A DNA stretch of 64,000 nucleotides, from NCBI GenBank assembly GCA_951406725.2, contig OX597815.1, forward strand, positions 164,176,001-164,240,000, written 5' to 3'. This stretch comes from Octopus vulgaris. Its lineage: Eukaryota. The position numbers and the translations under genes are program-made. Under the pieces are notes generated by a model that was given only the letters and a program-made list of their open reading frames with translations, was not told where the DNA came from and did no database searches. Position 1 is the first letter of the stretch; every line of letters begins with the position of its first letter. Below are positions 1-12,600 of this stretch, in pieces.

Positions 1-447
1 CACAAAATCTGCTGCTAGAAAACTTTAACCCTTTCATCAACTACAGTAACCGTGTTTTTTAAAAAAGCTTTATAATCGTAGAGAAGAATCACCTACCAGC
101 ACACATCAATCATCATCATTCATTCATTCATTAAGTCAGTCGTTCATTCATTCATTTATTCATATAATCATTATGTTTAAATATCTGAGTTCCCATAATT
201 TTCTGTATTAAACCATTTTGCATACGAAAGATCTTAACAGTTTTCTCCTTTCTTTTCAATAAACCTTTACATTTCTTTGTTGTTGGTATTTTAATGGCTG
301 CATTTTTTCAATATTGATGACGAAAATTATAATTAGTCTTTCCTCTTTTTAAAACATTTTATATGTTCATCAAACCTTTACAATTTTTTATCATTTTTCA
401 TCTTTTCAATCCAACTAATTTTTTTTTATTTCTTTCTCACTTTTCAG

Positions 448-2096
448 GAAAACGAAGAACCAAAGGACAATGATTGTGAGCAGTTTCAGCCTGCGTTAAT
501 TAAATCTGAATCCCTAAACAATGGACAGATTACCTCACCAAAAAACAGGTATCAGCTGCTCACAGAGTCCAAGAAATCTCCTCCCCTACAATGGCGCCCG
601 ACACTCCAAAGAGCCGAAACAATAGACTCCACTCCAAAAAGCTCATTATCTGAGCTTCACTCACAGAAACGGAATTATGCTGAAAATTATCCGCGGCACC
701 AGAATGGTTCGACTCGAATGCGCGCTAACAGCATTTCAACTGGAAGAATCAGGTATTCCGATCACAAACCTCACCGATCCCTTCCAGAGCAAAGCTTGTC
801 TAGTCGAGTCAGTCCCCCCGTGCAAACCAAAAATGTAGCAACGAGTACCTCTCCACCTCCCTATGACCCAAATGGCCCAATATCCGAGTTGGATACTACA
901 CTAAGGAACTCTTTTAATTCACCATTTTTTCACCCTCAGAGCCCCCCGGTAAGTCCCTTGCCTAACTCTTCCCGATACCATATCCATTCTAAAGGAACGC
1001 AATGGACCCCATTCCAAGTGTCTGCAATGACAAGGACCAGTCCAATACACATGCAGCAGAAGTGTCTCAGGTCACCAAGAAGTCCTGTAGCAGCTTCTCT
1101 GATAAGATCTCAGTCAGTCGCAATTCCAAGGAGTCCTTCACCACAGTCGCTACTGAGAGTTTTATCTCAGGACTCCCAAAATAAACAAAGCCAACAGCAA
1201 CCACATGTTCATCACCACCACCATCACCATCACCATCACCATTATCAGCAACACTTTCTCCAGCAACCACAACAGCAGCAGCAGCAGCTACAATCCCACC
1301 AACACCAAAACCCACCACCTCCACCTCTACCACAAACACAATACCAACAACAACAACAACAGCACCAACAGCATTACCAACAGCCACAGCAGCAAATTCA
1401 ACAACTCCAACATTATCATCACCCACAACAATTACAACTCCAACAACAACAGCAAATTCAGCAACACCAGCAACAACACCACCAACAACAACATCAACAA
1501 CAACTACAACAACCACCACAACAATTACAACAACTTCCACCACATAAAATTAGAACTATACAGCAAGAAAACAGTCCTGTCTTTACTTTTCAACAAAATA
1601 CAATTATTTCATCACCAAATTCCTCTTCCAGGCACCAATGGAATCAAGTATCACTTGTACGATCTCAGACAATATCAACATCAAGAAGTCCACTGAATTT
1701 GCCAGCCTGGAACCTTGTTCCAGAATACGCACGTCCAAAACCCTTTCCAGCAGCTCGGATAGGTACGCAACGCATTCTGTCAACAAACCAACCTCTGCCT
1801 AACGCCGGTCCTCAAAACATATGTCCAGAAAATTGTAAACTTCCGGTTGTTCGGCACTCACTGTCAGTGCAGAGTACACCGTTGAACGCTACACGCCTAA
1901 TTCATACTGCATCTACGCCATGTGCTACTGCTTTCTCGGATAGCACTATGAACTTTGCTGGCAACCAAAAGTGGCGCATCAAACACATATCCTATCCTTC
2001 TCCTGACTATAGTATGCTGCATAAGAAAAATCTGGAAAATGGATCTTTAGTTGATCAAGCCGACAATGTCAGTGATGTCAGTGATGACGTTAACAG
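448..2096 (+). CDS. Internal coding exon of a MARCH2/3-like RING-CH E3 ligase; ~549 aa low-complexity Q/H/P/S-rich N-terminal region
   Basis: Polypyrimidine tract and ttttcag acceptor ending at 447. The frame is open from 448 (ENEEPKDN...) and continues into ORF 718..2100. Donor AG|GTAAGT at 2097. The exon ends in phase 2, matching the 23998 exon. Confidence 0.8.
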
Positions 2097-2140
2097 GTAA
2101 GTGATTTATTATTACCTTTCTTTGACTATGTATACCGTAA

Positions 2141-2484
2141 ATCTATCTATCTATCTATCCGCTCACTCGAAGTCGACTCTCGGTTACTCGTTGGATCAGT
2201 GTCCTCCAGTCAGTTCTATCCTGGGCCGTTTCTTTCGGATTGGCTATGTCCATTCCGATATCACTCTTGATGGTGTCAAGCCAGCGGGTTCTTGGTCGGC
2301 CTTTTCCTCTCTTGCCACTGACCATTCCGAGCATGATGTCCTTCTTCGGGGATTTTCTCCGCATAATGTGATCGAAATATGCCAATCTATGCTTGGTGAT
2401 CCTAGCTTCCAGCGACATTTTCGACCTGATCTACTTAAGAACTTCTCCATTGGTGAGCCTCGCTGTCCATGGAATCCGTAAAAT
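2141..2484 (-). mobile_element. 5'-truncated RTE (BovB-like) LINE 3' end with (TAGA)n tail
   Basis: ORF 2155..2418 (RLAYFDHIMRR...MLGMVSGKRGKGRPRTRWLD...AQDRTDWR) is the typical RTE C-terminus. ILRIPWT lies upstream, and a (TAGA)n tail is at 2141-2158. Confidence 0.85.
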
Positions 2485-2519
2485 ACTCATCATAATATTG
2501 AATTACATCTAATATAGTG

Positions 2520-2604
2520 AAGGCGTAAGGCGACGTGCTTGTAGAAATATTAGCACGCCGGGCAAAATGCTTGGCAGTATTTCGTCTGTCTTTATGTTCT
2601 GAGT

Positions 2605-2635
<31 letters not shown>

Positions 2636-3138
2636 TACTATAAGGCGGCGAGCTCGCAGAATCGTAAGCACGCCAGGCGAAATGCGTAGCCGTATTTCGT
2701 CTGCCGTTGCGTTCTGAGTTCAAATTTCAGCGAGATTGACTTTGCCTTTCATCCTTTCGGGGTCGATAAATTAAGTACCAGTTACGCACTGGGGTCGATG
2801 TAATCGACTTAATCCGTTTGTCTGTCCTTGTTTGTCCCCTCTGTGTTTAGCCCCTTGTGGGTAGTAAAGAAATGGGTATTTCGTCTGCCACTACGTTCTG
2901 AGTTCATCATCATTATCATTATTATAAGGCGGTGAGCTGGCACAATCGTTTGCATGCAGTGAAAAATGCTTAGCGGTATTTCGCCTGTCGCTAAGTTCTG
3001 AGTGCGAATTCTACCAAGATCGATTTTGCTTTTCATTCTTTCGGAGTCGATAAATTAAGTACCAGTGAAACACTGGGGTCGATGTAATCGACTGTCCCCC
3101 TCCCCACAAATTTGAGGCCTTGTCCTCCAGTAGAAAGG

Positions 3139-3197
<59 letters not shown>

Positions 3198-3620
3198 CAT
3201 TATTATTTATTTATTTTATAAGCAGTGAGTTAGCACACCGGGCAAAATGCTTAACAACGTTTTGTCCGTCTTCATGTCCTAAGTTCAAATTCTGCTTGGG
3301 TAGACTTTGTTTTTCATACTTTCGAAATCAATAAAACAAGTACCAGCTAAACGCTGGAGTCGATGTAATCGCCTCACACCATCCCCCAAAACTACTGGCC
3401 TTGTACCAGCTTTGTGGTTAGGGTATTATTCGGCTCATCATCGTAAGGTTGTGAGTCCTGATTTCGGCTTTACGTTTTGAGCTCTAATTCTGCCAGGTTT
3501 GTCTTTGCCTTTCATCCCTTTAGGGTTGATAAAATAAGTACCAGTTGAGCACTGAGCTCGGTAAAATCAACTACCCTTTTCTCAAAATATTTCAGTACGC
3601 GTGCCTGTTGTAGGGAGCAT
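2520..3620 (+). mobile_element. Cluster of tRNA-derived SINE family A copies
   Basis: Repeated head aaggcggcgagct..cagaatcgt.agcacgcc.ggcgaaatgc, B-box-like gagttcaaattc and body gcctttcatcctttcggggtcgataaa..agtaccag; an (ATT)n tail is present. Confidence 0.8.
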
Positions 3621-4336
3621 AATAGTATGTCAGAGTGTGCAGCATAATTCCTACTGAGTAGAGGCCTCAGTAAACAGAAAAATGGATTTATAGATGGTAC
3701 TTAGTCATTAAGAAAGCTTCTTGTCAACCATAGTCTTACTTATTGAATTCCTGTTAGTGAAATTAACTTGTAAGCGGACGAGTATTCCACAGACACGTGC
3801 TCTTCTAACGTATTTCTTAGACCGATCTAACATGATCAATGTGATATGATTGGGTTTAGATCTCAGATAGAAAGCAGAGAATGAAAGAGAGAGAGATGGG
3901 GGTGGAAGGATGAAAAGAGAGAGACGGACAGACAGACAGACATAGGAATAATAAAGAATGAATGAAACAGTGAAAGTGGGAGAGCAAGACACACAGACTG
4001 AAGATTTGACCTCGGTACTGGACTGGTACTTCATTTTACTGGCCCTGAAGGGATAAAATACAAGGCCGACCTCAGTGGTATATGAACTCATGGTACAGAG
4101 AGCTGGAGCGAATATCACCAGGCATTCTATCCAACCCGCTTACCATTCTTACCTTCTAATGCTAGAACAAAGAAAAGAAGAAATCCTTCGTTGCGCACAT
4201 TTTTCTCAAGTACTTCAATCATTTTCACTCCACCCTTATTCTAGCGATTATAATTTCATTGACACCACCTCCAGAATTAGGTAACTGAAGGTACGTTCAG
4301 CTGATCTATAACAAAACAATAATAAAACTGCTTTCA

Positions 4337-4380
4337 AGTATGTAACCGAAATAATCCTTAGATTATTTCGGTTACATACT
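4337..4380. repeat. Perfect 20-bp inverted repeat with 4-nt loop
   Basis: agtatgtaaccgaaataatc-ctta-gattatttcggttacatact. Confidence 0.9.
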
Positions 4381-4404
4381 CGATACCTGCTTGGTTATCA
4401 AAGC

Positions 4405-4410
4405 GGCAGC

Positions 4411-4485
<75 letters not shown>

Positions 4486-4489
4486 GGTG

Positions 4490-4521
<32 letters not shown>

Positions 4522-4588
4522 GGTGTCGGTGGTGGTGGCGGCGGCGTCAACATCAACATCAACAACAACAACACCAGCAGCAGCAGCG

Positions 4589-4625
<37 letters not shown>

Positions 4626-4661
4626 TAGTGGTGGTGGTGGCGGTGGCGGCAACATCAACAA

Positions 4662-4693
<32 letters not shown>

Positions 4694-4775
4694 TTAGTAG
4701 TAGTATTAGTAGTAGTATTAGTAGTAGTAGTAGTAGTGGTGGTGGTGGTGGTGGCGGCGGCGGCAACATCAACAA

Positions 4776-4812
<37 letters not shown>
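4405..4812. repeat. Compound trinucleotide microsatellite (GTA/GTG/GCA/CAA)
   Basis: Read directly from the sequence. Confidence 0.95.
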
Positions 4813-5767
4813 GTTGATGGTTTAGATTTCGTTGCAGTAAATTTTACGATTCGTTGTACTTAGATGCGATTTGATTTTAGAGAAGACTTCATTGCTATCA
4901 CCAGCATGGCAAGCGACCAAATTAAGAGGCTCCACTACGGATAGTAACCTTGATGCTGATATGGAAGTTGATGGTGCTAATGATGATGATGATGATGTGC
5001 ATAATGACGATAATGATAATGATGATCTTCCTCATCCTGATCATGCTCCTGATTGTGGTGAATGTGATTACGATGAGGATGGTGATGACGAAGGCGACTG
5101 GCAAAAGAAATGGAGACGAGGAGGGTGAAGAAAGAGAGGAGGAAGCAGAGAGGGTTGTATCTGTTTACATTCACATTTCAATTAATTGAAATTATATTGA
5201 AACGACAGAAGGAAATACATAAAGAAAAATAAAGAAAGCGACAGAGACGGAGGAAAGAGTGAGCGAGCGAGAGAAAGATAGAGGGAGAGAAAGAGAGAGA
5301 GAGGGAGAGAGAAAGAGAGAGAGAGAAAGAGAGAGACAGAGAGAGAGAAAGAGAGAGGAAGAGAGAGAGAGAGAAGGAAAGGAAGGATTGAGTATGACGA
5401 TACAATTAAAGATTTCAAAAGGGTTTTATACGTTGCTGCCATTCTATGTTTGAATTTGAAGAATCGCAGAGGTTTTGGAACAACTGTGAAGATCTGCATT
5501 GCTAATGCTTTCAGTTGTTTGCCTTAGGCACGTAATTCCATATTACTAGTTTTAATTCATCAAATTGAAAATTGACATAACTCTCAGTATTAAGTATTTT
5601 GCATTATAAAGAGAATGCAAACTTCTTATATGATACAAGCCATAATAATCCAACTGGATGGACAATACGAAACGACAAGCATATGTTATTTTATTGATTT
5701 TTGTCTTCACTTGATATAGCCTTTTTCATTCACATTGCCCTGTTTTTTTTACTCTCAGCTCGTTGGT

Positions 5768-5838
<71 letters not shown>

Positions 5839-5989
5839 ACTCAGGTAAGAGGTAGTGTACTTAATGATGTACGTACAATCTACACTATGAATAGAAGTTT
5901 GTTTCTTGGCTGAGAAATGGGGAAAAAATCTTGAGGTTCGTAAAGAAATGGGGAGATAATCTAAAGAAATTGGTTTCAGTTTTCGGAAC

Positions 5990-6455
5990 ATTGCCAGCAA
6001 TTTCTGGGGAGGGGTTAAGATGATTACATCGAACCCAGCATTTCACTAGTACAGTACTTTTTTTTTTCGACCCGAAAGGATGAAAGGTAAAGTTGGCATC
6101 AGCAGATTTTGAACTCAGAACGTAAATACCACTAAGCAATTTGCTCGACATGCTCACGATTCTGCCAGTTCGCCGCCTCAGAAATTAAGGATAAACTTCA
6201 CAGAAAATTTAAGTTTTATGGTTAAGGCGGCGAGCTGCCAGAATCGTTAGCACACCGGGCGAAATGCTTAGCAGTATTTCGTCTGCCGTTATGCTTTGAG
6301 TTCAAATTCCGCCGAGGTCGACTTTGCCGTTCATCCTTTCGGGGTCGATAAACTAAATACCAGTTACGCACTGGGGTCGATATAATCGACTTAATCCCTT
6401 TGTTTGTCCTTGTTTGTCCCCTGTATGTTTAGCCACTTGTGGGCAATAAGGAGTT
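5990..6455. mobile_element. Head-to-head pair of SINE family A copies (minus ~5990-6178, plus 6224-6455)
   Basis: ctgccagttcgccgcct at 6160-6178 and aaggcggcgagctgccag at 6224. Confidence 0.8.
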
Positions 6456-7091
6456 AAGAAATTTTGATTGCTATGGTCAGTGAAAATAAATCTGATATTA
6501 GTGAACAAGTGAACAGCTAGAGACATTTTTTTTTTTACTTTTTTATCGAGAGCTTCAAAACATCATCTCCAAAGTATATTCTTTTAGAATCTTATTCTGT
6601 CACTAAATATTCTTATAGAAAAAGAGTTTCTTGCAGTTTTGCCCGACTAATTGGTGTGAATATAAAACAAAATTGGTGAGCTAAACTAAGTCACTTTCAT
6701 TATATACAGATAGAAAATTCAAGCAGTTTGTGGTCTTTCGAATGAAATGTTGACAAAATTGTCACTAAAGTGAAATTTGCCGTTTCGTTGGAGAAAAATA
6801 ACTGAGCATTAGACTGAAATAATGTTAGAATTCTTTTTTAATTAATTTCACAGAAAAATTAATTTTCATCCTATATTTTCGATAACGCTCACAATTTTGT
6901 CTGTTTTATTTGTCTATTTAGTTCGGTATTTATTTACTTCTCTGAGGCAGATGCCTAATTAACGTATTATGATGAAGAAAATATTTATTTTCACAGTTTA
7001 AGTAATGGCTTTTTGTCTTTAAAAACTTGGTTTTCTTAATTATCGTCTCTCCCTCTCTCCCCTCTCTCTCTCTCTCTCTCTCTCTCTCCCC

Positions 7092-7135
<44 letters not shown>

Positions 7136-7640
7136 GACAATATAAAGTGACATTAAATGTAAATGCCGAAAAGATACAGTTATATGGATTAACCGGAATA
7201 TATACTTCGTTCGAAAATATTTCAAGATATGCTTTTATGAAAAATCTACTAAATATGATTATATAATTTAATAACGCTTAATGACCTGCCACATCATTAA
7301 CCACGTGTTTGTCATACAAAAATTCAGTATTTAGTGTCCACTCTACAGTCGATATACCACGTTGTTTCTTACTTTATTTTCCTGAATACAAGTCGGAGAA
7401 GTATATAGTGTAAATGTAATGTAAACATTCAAACAACGTCACTAACTTGCCCAATCTTACTGCATTTTTACTTAGAAGTTTTGACTCTTCCAAATCGTCT
7501 TGGTGTATAAGTCGACCTCCCTTTTTTGGCTGTAAATTTTGGTCCGAAAAATTCGACTTATGTCGGAAAATAGGACAAACAAATTTTTTTCATTTGACTA
7601 AAATCATTTCTCCCCATAACTACTCGCTCTCTCCCTCTTC

Positions 7641-7692
<52 letters not shown>

Positions 7693-9244
7693 ACTCTTGC
7701 AAGAATGATTTCCAGCTAATTAGAAATAAAATATTTCTCTTCTATATCTCCATTTCAGCATCTTTTCCTCTATGGATTTTTCCAGTCATCAATAGTTGTT
7801 CACATTTCCCTTTGCGTTGCCAACATCTGTTTTAAATAGTCTCTCCAGCAACAAGAAAAGAAAAAAAATCTTCCTACTGACTAGTAAAAATTAATTAACA
7901 AAAACGTATTCCAATGATATTCTATTTCTTCTTTCTGTCTCTTTGACATTTATGACAAAGGCTTCTGTTGCCGATTCTATTCTACCGACCCAATTCATCT
8001 TCCTCTTCTCTTCTAATCATTCCTACTAACACTCAATAAACTCTGCAAAGCACGAGGGAAGAACAATGGGACAAAATGTCTCGTGCAATCTTCAAGAAAT
8101 GTCTTCTGGCCTATGTTTCTCTTCCAGGCCTCAATCTACGAGCCTTCGACTGAAATAACAGTCATCCTAAAAATTTGCTTTCCCTCTCCCTTCTCTTTTC
8201 TCTCCTTTCTCTCGCTTCCCTTTTCTCTCCTTTCTCCTTCCTCTCCCTTGTCCTTCCTTTCCCTTCTCCTTCCTTTCTATTCTCCTTCCTCTTCATTCTC
8301 TTCCTCCCCATTCTCAGCCGATTAAATAATAACATAAAAATTACAATAACCGTGTCACCACACAAGTTCCTTAATGATAGCAGTGACTTTTCATTGGTAA
8401 TGAACATATAATCCTACAGATCTCAGTAAAGCTTTAATCTCAGTAAATACTTTTTTAATTTTAAAAAAAACTTACATTGAATTTTAGAATTGGAGGCTCT
8501 ACCACCAAATATATGCAAATAATAGGAATATTAATTTTTTATTTTACCAGAAGCTTTCTTCAAATACCATTTACCCAGATTCCAAATTAGCAAAATGAGG
8601 GAAATATTTAAAGACAGCCACGTTGTTTTCCAAATAGCTACCTGTTGGACAAACCGAAGTACAACCACATTCTAGAGGATAGATATAAAACTTTCCCTTG
8701 CCACCACACGCCCTTATAGGTAGCATATACTTAAGCACAAGTAATTGTGGATACACCAAAATATCTTACAGTAATACGATAGTTTTGTGTGAGACCGACA
8801 TTTTCTAATGCAAAGATGTGAAGTGAAGGCTTTAGACTGATTGATATTTATGAGTATAGCAAATTTACATGGTGACGTTAAATAACTATTTTCTGGTTCG
8901 AAGATTTAGATTAAATGAAATTCATCAGTCTACCACTTGCTCCATGTCATTACAGGCCTGTTTTAACCGAGTGTCTGAAGTGAAGACAGTTGTTCATACA
9001 ATGAGTTAAACAACTCAATTATATTGTCTCTGCAATGCTTGTAGCTACAGAATATACTGTCGTGACAAGAGGATTGTAATAAAGACAACTTCAGTGTATT
9101 TTTGATAACATTTAGGAAACAAACACTTCAAATTTCCTGAGTGGTAAAAAAACGGCATGGGTACATATCTTATTTCTTTATTGCCCACAAGGGGACAAAC
9201 AAGGACAAAGAGATTAAGACTATTACATCGACCACAGTGTGTAA

Positions 9245-9640
9245 CTGGCAGAATCGTTAGCACGCCGGGCGAAATGCTTAGCCGTATTTCGTCTGCCGTT
9301 ACGTTGTGAGTTCAAATTCAGCCGTGGTCGACTTTGCCTTTCATCCTTTCGGGGTCGATAAATTAAGTACCAGTTACGCACTGGAGTCAATATAATCGAC
9401 TTAATCCGTCTGTCTGTCCTTGTTTGTCTTCTCTGTGTTTAGCCCCTTGTGGGTAGTAAAGAAATAGGTATTTCGACTGTCTTTTCATTTTGAGTTCAAA
9501 TTCCACCGAGGTCGACTTTGCCTTTCATCCTTTCAGAGTCAATAAATTAAGTACCAGTTGCGTACTGGGGTCTATCTAATCGACTACCCCCAGCCCGCTA
9601 AAAAAAAATTTCAGGACTTGTGTCTAGAGTAAAAAAGAAT
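9245..9640 (+). mobile_element. SINE family A, dimeric body
   Basis: One head followed by two copies of the gagttcaaattc...gcctttcatcctttc...agtaccag module. Confidence 0.8.
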
Positions 9641-11059
9641 ATTTATCAATTTTTTCCTTTTCTTTGTTCAAATAAAGAATTGAGAATTTCTGCGAGTGCA
9701 TATGAAGGTTCTACGAAGAATCTAGAAGTTCAATTCTCAAAGCATAGAAGAACTAGTACTCTTTGTCTCCCTTTACCAAAAGGTTTTTCAGAAAAATTTA
9801 GAACATCAATTATTAAAATATTTGTCATGGAGTTGATACTAAAATCATAGAGATGGATTTATCACTTATTTATATATGGACAAGTGAACAATAGCATCGT
9901 TGCTTACAGGTTTCCAACTGGCCCATTACTGGTTTGCTGCATTTGTAGTGACTAAGGTAGCAAGGGAGTTTTTGTGCAACTTGACAGAACAAATATTAAA
10001 CAAAGTGTTTCTCTCCAGTATTTAAATCCTTTGCAGATATAAATCGTTGAACGTTACGCGCATAAACGCTCGTGTATTTAAATATATGTGTTTTTTTTTT
10101 TTTACTGTAAGTACAAGGCCTCGAATTTTGGAGTGGGGCCTAATCGGTTACATTGACCCCCAGTGCTGAACTATCACTTTATTTTATCGACCTCGAAAGG
10201 ATGAAAGCAAAGTCGACTTCCGCGGAATTCGAACTCAAAACGTAAAGCCGGAAGAAATTCCACTAAGCATTTTATCCGGCGGGCTAACGACTCTGCCATC
10301 TCACCACCTTGTCTATAAACACAGTAATGCTGATCAGTTGGATTGAACTCGAATTCACATGTGTGTTAAGCAAATTTCTTAGTCACTCAGACATGCCATT
10401 CTCGTTTGCATGTGTCACAAAACATTTATTACGTATTGTAGTTCTTTTCACAAATGTCAATACAACGCAATAACCTACGCAAGAAAATTTGTTAGTTGAT
10501 TGCTAGTGAGGTCTTCGCCAAATTCATTGCTAATTATTGCATCCGCTGTTTGCAAACTGCAGTCATCATAAATACATCTCCGATGTATCTTTCACTCACT
10601 CTCAACAAATATCAAATATTAACTACCACCAAAATTACTTTCAATCGTTTGCCAACATAAGAGCAGTGGATTGCTAGATTCGTTAGAACGTCCAACTAAA
10701 TGCTAATAAACATTTGTTTCGGCTCGCTACATTCTGAGTTCAAATCCCCCATCCCACGCGAGGTCAATTTTGCCTTTCATCTCTCTGGTCTCTGTAATGG
10801 GGTCGATGTAATCGGCTAAATCTCCAATCCTATCCCCCAAATTTATAGCCAAGGCCTACGTTAGAAACAACGATTGACCAATATTATGAAGAAAATGGCA
10901 GCAATAAATGAAGATGTGTTTGATCATAAGTGACCAGAGGCTAAATATCAACTTGACAATAAAGGAAATTTACATTAAAATTGCATAAAAGTATCGAGTC
11001 ATTGCGACTTTAGTACAAGCAATATGCGGGCACTTTGACATGGTGGTCAGTAACAGTAT

Positions 11060-11520
11060 GATGAGTCACAATGTATCATTAATCACACTAGTCTTGGATT
11101 TCGAAATGGTTGCCAGTAGCAACATGTTATCAGCCAAACCAGTTTCAGTGGATGTTTTAATGGCGGTTAATCACGATGTGATATCAATCTCAGTAGATTT
11201 TGTTGTGGGTGTGAGTAACGGCCCGTCATCAATCACTCTAGAATCAGTGGATTTTGTAATTGAGGTCAATTCCAATGTACCAGTCTTAGTGAATTTTGTA
11301 ACGGTTTTGAGTCCCAGTCCGTCATTAATCACACTAGTATCGTCGGATTTTGTGATTGCGATCAATCACACTCTGCTATCAGTCACACTCTGCTATCAAT
11401 CACAGTGGATTTTCTAATGGTTGTGAGTCGCAATTTGTCATCAACCATACCAGTGTCAGTGGATTTCTTAATGGTGATCAGAATCATTAAGTTGTAAATC
11501 TCAGCAATATTGTCAGTGAA
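11060..11520. repeat. Degenerate minisatellite with ~40-55 bp units
   Basis: Recurrent core atcaatcacact..atcagtggattttgtaatggt. Confidence 0.6.
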
Positions 11521-11763
11521 TTGGAGTGGAGGAGTGGAGTCTTCAAGAACTTTATAATGCCACACTATCATCTCAACATGGAATCCTCTACAAAGCAAAG
11601 GACGATAGAGGTTGGCATCAGTGACGTCGCAACTCATTTCTACGGCTGAGTGAATTAGGGCAATGCGAAATAAAACTTCTTGCTCGAGAACACAACACGC
11701 AGCCCGGTCCTGGAATTGAACTCACTACTTAATCATTGTGAGCCCGACACACGCGTGTAGTGA

Positions 11764-11820
<57 letters not shown>

Positions 11821-12059
11821 GCGCGCGCGCGTGTGTGTGTGTGAACTCATCATTCATTAGCGATTTGTATCATAGATAATTGTTGCTCGATCTGCTAAAA
11901 ATAGCAACTGAATCGCCCTCATATTTTACATTAACGTATTCTAAAAAGGAAGAGATCAATAGGAAAATGCAAACCTAAAACCATTTATATTTGAAACAAA
12001 CAAAATTACCAATATGAATATTATCAGATTTGCAACATCTGTCATCATAGTAATATTGA

Positions 12060-12600
12060 TTTAAGATTTTGGCACAAGGTCAGCAATTCTAGTGGAAGGG
12101 GTAAGTCAATTGCAGCAACCCCCGTGTTCAACTGGTACTTATTTTATCGACAATGTCAATATCGGAAAAATTTGAAAGCAGAACGTAAAGACGGACGAAA
12201 TGCCCTCTAAGTCGTTTTCTCCGGCGTGGTAACGAATCTGCCTGCTCACCGCATTCATAGGTCTGTAATATTGGTTTCAAATTTTGACACAAGGCCAGAT
12301 ATTTTGGGGAAGGAGCCAGCTCGATTAGAACGAGGCAAATGCTCCACTGGTACTTATTTTATCAACCCCGAAGGGATGAAAGCCAAAGTCGCTCTCGGAG
12401 GTTTCAAATTTTGGCGCAAGACCAGCAATTTCGGGGGAGAGGTAATACATGGACTCCAGTATTCATCTGGTACTTATTTTATTGACCTCGAAAGGACGAA
12501 AGTTCAATTCGGTGGAATTTGAACTCAGAATATGAAGATAGATGAAATGCTGCTAAGCATTTTGCCCGGCGTGCTAATGATTCTGCTTGCTCACCGCTTT
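12060..12600 (-). mobile_element. Cluster of diverged SINE family A copies
   Basis: Repeated ctggtacttattttat.gac and gaatttgaactcagaa...ctcaccgc. Confidence 0.7.

Noticed and set aside
2135-2482. CCGTAAA as TSD of the RTE fragment
   Set aside because: The right-hand copy lies within RTE coding sequence (ILRIPW), so it may be microhomology or chance.
11040-11417. 125-aa ORF with internal repeats
   Set aside because: It coincides with a degenerate minisatellite, with no splice-phase or domain support.
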